Part shown: piece after piece, positions 59,921 through 64,000 of the stretch | Layout: every line of letters starts with the position of its first letter | How positions within the stretch are numbered: the first letter of the stretch is position 1 | Assembly: GCA_022823085.1 (NCBI GenBank) | Contig: JAJDXV010000079.1 | Coordinates: forward strand, 5,943 to 69,942 | Origin: Candidatus Poribacteria bacterium | GTDB lineage: Bacteria > Poribacteria > WGA-4E > WGA-3G | Direction of reading: 5' to 3' | DNA length: 64,000 nt | The notes under the pieces: model-generated | The model's input: the letters and a program-made list of their open reading frames with translations, nothing else | Databases searched by the model: none | What the model was told of the DNA's origin: nothing | Made by a program: the position numbers and the translations under genes

Positions 59921-60935
59921 GAAAATTGGTGAGTTATTAACAGATATTCGGAACAAAACTCTGATTCCAAGACCTGACTTTCAGAGGCGTTTAGTGTGGT
60001 CGAATAAACACAAGAGTGCTTTTATTCATACCGTTTTAGAGGGATACCCATTTCCGGAAATATATGTTGCTGCTGGTGAGGTAGATCTTGATACCGGAAA
60101 GCGGACAGTAATGTTAGTAGACGGTCAACAAAGACTGACGACATTAAATCAGTATCTTATGGGATCGTCAGATTTGAAACTATCTAAAGGGATACCTCCT
60201 TATTCAGAGTTAACCCCCAAAGAACAACGGACTTTTTTAGAGTATGATGTAGTTATTCGAGACTTGGGGAATATTAATATGGGTGAAATAATTAAGGTCT
60301 TTCAACAGATTAACTCAGTGAATTATGCTTTGAATGCTATGGAGCATCACAATGCAAGGTATGATGGAGAAATAAAACAATTTGCTGAAAAACTTGCGCA
60401 GCATGCTTTTTTCAAAAATCGCTTAGTGTTTTATATTAATGAAATACGACGTATGGGGGATGTTCGTTTTATGTTATCTCTGATCATTACTGTGATGTCA
60501 ACGTACTTTAGTCAGGATCGTGAGCATGAAAGTTACCTCATCCATTATAACAATGAATTTGAAGAAAAACAAACATTAGAAGCCCAGTTTGAAACAGTAT
60601 TTAAGTTTATAAATGAGTGTGATCTTCCTGAAGATAGCCGCGCGTGGAGAAAGTCAGATTTATTCACTTTGCTTGTAGAGGTTCATAGGTCATTATTCAA
60701 AGCAGAAAACAACGTTAAACCAATAGAAGCAGGAAAACGACTTCTACAATTCTATGATTTAGTAAATAAATCTGCTAAAGCAAATGAGGAGGTTGGAACA
60801 GAACATGGCAGAATACAGGAATATTATAAGGCTGCCATTCAAGGAACTCAAAGTAGAACAAACCGCATAAAAAGGGGAGAAATTATACAAGCTGTAATTA
60901 ACGGTAATTTTGAGTTAGATAAAAAGAAAAATTAA
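59898..60935 (+). CDS. DUF262 (ParB/Srx-like NTPase) protein lacking a DUF1524 nuclease
   Basis: PDFQRRLVWS, VDGQQRLTTLNQY. GGAGG SD inside the upstream gene; 23-nt overlap. No H-x-x-P/His-Me motif in the C-terminal half. Confidence 0.8.
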   Translation: MKTTATNKKIGELLTDIRNKTLIPRPDFQRRLVWSNKHKSAFIHTVLEGYPFPEIYVAAGEVDLDTGKRTVMLVDGQQRLTTLNQYLMGSSDLKLSKGIPPYSELTPKEQRTFLEYDVVIRDLGNINMGEIIKVFQQINSVNYALNAMEHHNARYDGEIKQFAEKLAQHAFFKNRLVFYINEIRRMGDVRFMLSLIITVMSTYFSQDREHESYLIHYNNEFEEKQTLEAQFETVFKFINECDLPEDSRAWRKSDLFTLLVEVHRSLFKAENNVKPIEAGKRLLQFYDLVNKSAKANEEVGTEHGRIQEYYKAAIQGTQSRTNRIKRGEIIQAVINGNFELDKKKN

Positions 60936-60993
60936 CTATTCCACTTACGTTGCTTGTCATCATAAAGTGAAAGGAAATTATTAGATTATTCCT

Positions 60994-61887
60994 ATGAAAA
61001 TCGCAAATGCCCCATGCTCATGGGGTGTGCTTGAGTTTGAGTTAGACGGCAAAGCACCCGATTATATACAAGTATTAGACGAAATGCACGCCATCGGTTA
61101 CACCGGAACAGAATTAGGCGATTGGGGGTTCATGCCGACCGGTCCCGAACAACTCCGCACCGAACTCGCCTCCCGTGAACTAACACTCTTAGGCGCGTTT
61201 GTCGCCGTCGCACTCGCCGATGCTGAGACACACGCCGCCGGTGAAGCCGCAGCACTACAGCACGCACGCTTGTTAGCAGATGTCGCTGGCGACACACCGT
61301 TCATCGTCCTTTCAGACGACAACGCCACCACAGAACACCGCACCCAATACGCCGGTCGCATCCGTCCCGAACACGGATTGACACCCGAACAGTGGGATAC
61401 TTTCGTACAGGGAACACACCGTATCGCCCGAGCTGTGAAAAATGAGACAGGTCTACGCACCGTTTTCCATCACCACTGTGCCGGATACATAGAGACAGCA
61501 GCAGAAGTTGATACATTGATGCAACGCACCGACCCCGATCTCATCGGGTTGTGTTTCGACACAGGACACTACCGATTCGGTGGTGGAGACCCACTTGAAG
61601 CGTTCACCCGACACGCCGATCGGATCTGGCACGTCCATTTCAAAGACTGCCATCCCGACATCGCTGCTCGTTCTCGGAGCGACGAATGGGATTACTTTAC
61701 CGCTGTCGGCAACGGTGTCTTTTGTGAGTTAGGGAACGGTGATGTCGATTTTCCGGCGTTCCTTGCAGAATTGAAAAATCGGAACTACGACGGTTGGATC
61801 GTTGTAGAGCAGGATGTCCTACCCGGAATGGGCAGCCCCTACGAAAGCGCAGAACGGAATCTGCAGTACCTGAATTCAATTTTATGA
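60994..61887 (+). CDS. xylose-isomerase-like TIM-barrel protein (IolE/inosose dehydratase-like)
   Basis: [15 protein letters not shown]..., [16 protein letters not shown] metal-ligand pattern. Confidence 0.7.
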   Translation: MKIANAPCSWGVLEFELDGKAPDYIQVLDEMHAIGYTGTELGDWGFMPTGPEQLRTELASRELTLLGAFVAVALADAETHAAGEAAALQHARLLADVAGDTPFIVLSDDNATTEHRTQYAGRIRPEHGLTPEQWDTFVQGTHRIARAVKNETGLRTVFHHHCAGYIETAAEVDTLMQRTDPDLIGLCFDTGHYRFGGGDPLEAFTRHADRIWHVHFKDCHPDIAARSRSDEWDYFTAVGNGVFCELGNGDVDFPAFLAELKNRNYDGWIVVEQDVLPGMGSPYESAERNLQYLNSIL

Positions 61888-62903
61888 ATAATCCCTCAAA
61901 AATCGGTGTCGGTGTTATCGGCGCAGGACGTATCGGTCAACTCCACATCGAACACATCGCCCAAAATATACCCCAAGCCGAACTCATCGCGATCTGCGGC
62001 TTGAACATCTCCGATGTCGAATCCCTCGCCGAACGGTTTAATGTCCGGATAGTAACAACCGATTACACTTCCATCCTGACAAACCCCCGAATTGACGCTG
62101 TGCTGGTCGCCTCTTCAACCGATACACATGTCGAAATCAGCCAAGCCGCCGCGAAGGCAGGGAAACACATCTTTTGCGAAAAACCGATAGCACTTGACCT
62201 TCAGCAGATTGACGAAACCTTAGCGATTGTGGACGCAGCGGGTGTGAAGTTTCAGATCGGTTTTAATCGGCGGTTCGATGCCAGTTTCAGGCGTGTACGC
62301 GAGGCAGTCGCCACTGGAGAGATCGGAGAACCGCACATCGTCCACATTACGAGTCGAGACCCCGCACCACCACCGATCGAATACGTCAAAGTCTCCGGTG
62401 GCATCTTCCTCGACATGACAATCCACGATTTCGATATGGCGCGTTACCTCGTCGGAGACGAAGTGGTTGAGGTTTATGCAACAGGTGGGGTCCGCGTCGA
62501 TCCGCGGATCGGTGAGGTCGGCGACATTGACACTGCCATCATCACACTACGGTTCCAAAACGGGGTGATCGGAACGATTGACAACAGCAGAGAAGCGGTC
62601 TACGGCTATGACCAGCGTGTTGAAGTTTTCGGTTCAAAAGGGATGGTTGCGGCAGAGAACCCGCCGACGGATACCGTCACTTTTAGCAGCCATGATGGGA
62701 TCCGCGCTGCATCGCCGCCATATTTCTTTATCGAACGCTACAAACCGGCATATCTTGCGGAATTACAAACCTTTTTTACTTCCATTCAGGAAGACACGAT
62801 GCCACCGGTTACAGGTACAGACGGGCGCGCACCTGTTGTAATCGGTTTCGCTGCGTTGAAATCACTGCGCGAAAACCGTCCTGTCCTTTTGTCCGAAATT
62901 TAG
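61884..62903 (+). CDS. Gfo/Idh/MocA oxidoreductase (inositol 2-dehydrogenase-like)
   Basis: [20 protein letters not shown] overlap with the upstream gene. Confidence 0.8.
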   Translation: MNNPSKIGVGVIGAGRIGQLHIEHIAQNIPQAELIAICGLNISDVESLAERFNVRIVTTDYTSILTNPRIDAVLVASSTDTHVEISQAAAKAGKHIFCEKPIALDLQQIDETLAIVDAAGVKFQIGFNRRFDASFRRVREAVATGEIGEPHIVHITSRDPAPPPIEYVKVSGGIFLDMTIHDFDMARYLVGDEVVEVYATGGVRVDPRIGEVGDIDTAIITLRFQNGVIGTIDNSREAVYGYDQRVEVFGSKGMVAAENPPTDTVTFSSHDGIRAASPPYFFIERYKPAYLAELQTFFTSIQEDTMPPVTGTDGRAPVVIGFAALKSLRENRPVLLSEI

Positions 62904-62910
62904 CGATTCC

Positions 62911-63645
62911 TTACTCACCCTCACCGCCGACTTCGCCGACTTCGATGTCGATCTCATCTCGATTCCTGATACGTTCCACGAGTCCGTCGCGGATGTCCAC
63001 AATCCGATCGGAGACATCAAGCATCTTCAAGTCGTGTGTCGCCGAAATTACAGTGACACCCTGCTCTGAATTCAAACGTTTAATGAGATCAATGATCTCG
63101 CGTCCGGTGATTGTATCAAGGTTTGCTGTCGGTTCATCGGCGAGGATAATACTCGGATCGTTCGCGAGGGCTCTGGCGATCGCAACACGTTGACGCTGAC
63201 CGCCTGACAACTCATCCGGCAAGTGGTACATCCTGTCCCCTAAACCGACCATATCCAACAACTTTTCTGCTTTTTCATTGCGTTGTTTCTCAGAAATCCC
63301 AGCAAAAATCATAGGCAGCGTTACGTTACCGTGTGCACTCCGTACATGCAGTAGGTTGTAACTCTGAAAGATATAACCGACACGGTGGCACCGGAACGCC
63401 GCAATCTGTTTTTGTGAGAGTTGTGACATGTTCTGTCCATCTATATAAACCTGTCCCTCTGTAGGACGATCGAGCGCGCCGATCATGTTAAAGAGCGTAG
63501 ATTTACCGGAACCCGACGGCCCCATCAATGAGATGTATTCCCCACGTTCGATTTCAATGTTGATGCCGTCCAAAGCGCGAAGAATGTTTGAACCCATACG
63601 GTATTCTTTGACAACATCTTCGGTTTTCACAACAATATCAGCCAT
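62911..63645 (-). CDS. ABC transporter ATP-binding protein (MacB/LolD-type)
   Basis: [31 protein letters not shown]. Confidence 0.9.
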   Translation of the reverse strand: MADIVVKTEDVVKEYRMGSNILRALDGINIEIERGEYISLMGPSGSGKSTLFNMIGALDRPTEGQVYIDGQNMSQLSQKQIAAFRCHRVGYIFQSYNLLHVRSAHGNVTLPMIFAGISEKQRNEKAEKLLDMVGLGDRMYHLPDELSGGQRQRVAIARALANDPSIILADEPTANLDTITGREIIDLIKRLNSEQGVTVISATHDLKMLDVSDRIVDIRDGLVERIRNRDEIDIEVGEVGGEGE

Positions 63646-63659
63646 AATGTTTCTCCGTC

Positions 63660-64000
63660 CTATACCTCGGTACGCATCGCTTCAGCAGGTGGGAGTTTCG
63701 CTGCGCGCCACGCGGGGAACGATGAACCAATCACAGCCAAAATCATGCCGAGAATACATCCAAGTAAAATAATAACGATCACCCCAAGCTGCATCGGCCC
63801 GTCTTCAGGACTCGCAGGTAACAATGGAAAATAAAAAAATAGGTCTAATCCGTAATCTTTGAGTCCTAAGAGTACCGCACCCAATGTCCCGATAAGCGCG
63901 CCGATGAGCGCACCTGAAAAGCCTTGAAATCCTGATTCGAGTAAAAACAGACGAACCACGAAACCGTCTAACGCACCGAGACATTTCATCGTGCCAATCT
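63660..64000 (-). CDS. FtsX-like ABC permease, 5' end outside window
   Basis: Frame is open to the window edge (...IGTMKCLGALDGFVVRLFLLES...). Hydrophobic C-terminal helices; ends ...LPPAEAMRTEV. Confidence 0.7.
   Translation of the reverse strand, partial: IGTMKCLGALDGFVVRLFLLESGFQGFSGALIGALIGTLGAVLLGLKDYGLDLFFYFPLLPASPEDGPMQLGVIVIILLGCILGMILAVIGSSFPAWRAAKLPPAEAMRTEV

Noticed and set aside
1-64000. Searched by eye for integrase or transposase genes, IS inverted repeats, rRNA, tRNA, reverse transcriptase/retron and CRISPR-cas.
   Set aside because: None recognised. Absence is based on visual motif scanning only and should be confirmed with tRNAscan-SE, Infernal and ISEScan.

Overview
Bacterial chromosomal segment. 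I saw no rRNA, tRNA, CRISPR array, integrase or transposase by eye, and the lineage cannot be assigned from this window alone.

Layout:
(1) 0-14 kb: division/cell-wall cluster murF-ddl-mraY-murD-ftsW-murG-murC-ftsQ-ftsA-ftsZ.
(2) 14-20.3 kb: radical-SAM, LamG, coiled-coil, TPR and FG-GAP/ASPIC genes.
(3) 20.3-35.9 kb: integrase-less defence island. It holds an orphan ABC-type ATPase, a decapitated methyltransferase followed by a membrane-anchored PD-(D/E)xK protein, a type II CBASS operon (cap4, CD-NTase, cap2, cap3) with a divergent capH/capP regulator pair, a GmrSD-type enzyme and a type II R-M pair.
(4) 35.9-55.3 kb: mostly housekeeping (epimerase, oxidoreductase, discoidin-domain protein, uvrA, pcrA, gatCA, S41 protease, aldehyde dehydrogenase), interspersed with phd/vapC, a hicB-like gene and TA debris.
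(5) 55.3-60.9 kb: second accessory patch, visibly AT-rich at its right end. It holds an HsdR-N-like PD-(D/E)xK protein, an FRG-TPR fusion, TPR debris and an overlapping nucleotidyltransferase + nuclease-less DUF262 pair.
(6) 61-64 kb: inositol-catabolism-like genes and an ABC exporter.

Most notable points:
- The six-frame track hides a probable selenoprotein. An in-frame TGA at 36989-36991 (minus strand) restores the missing CxxC N-terminus of an ArsC/Spx-family protein as UxxC, and a hairpin starts inside the UGA.
- The NTase+DUF262 cassette, the FRG-TPR module and the MTase-fragment/basic-ORF/membrane-nuclease module match no named defence system that I recognise.
- The CBASS operon is of a described type but carries an extra unassigned ORF.

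All domain calls come from motif recognition by eye. No searches were run.
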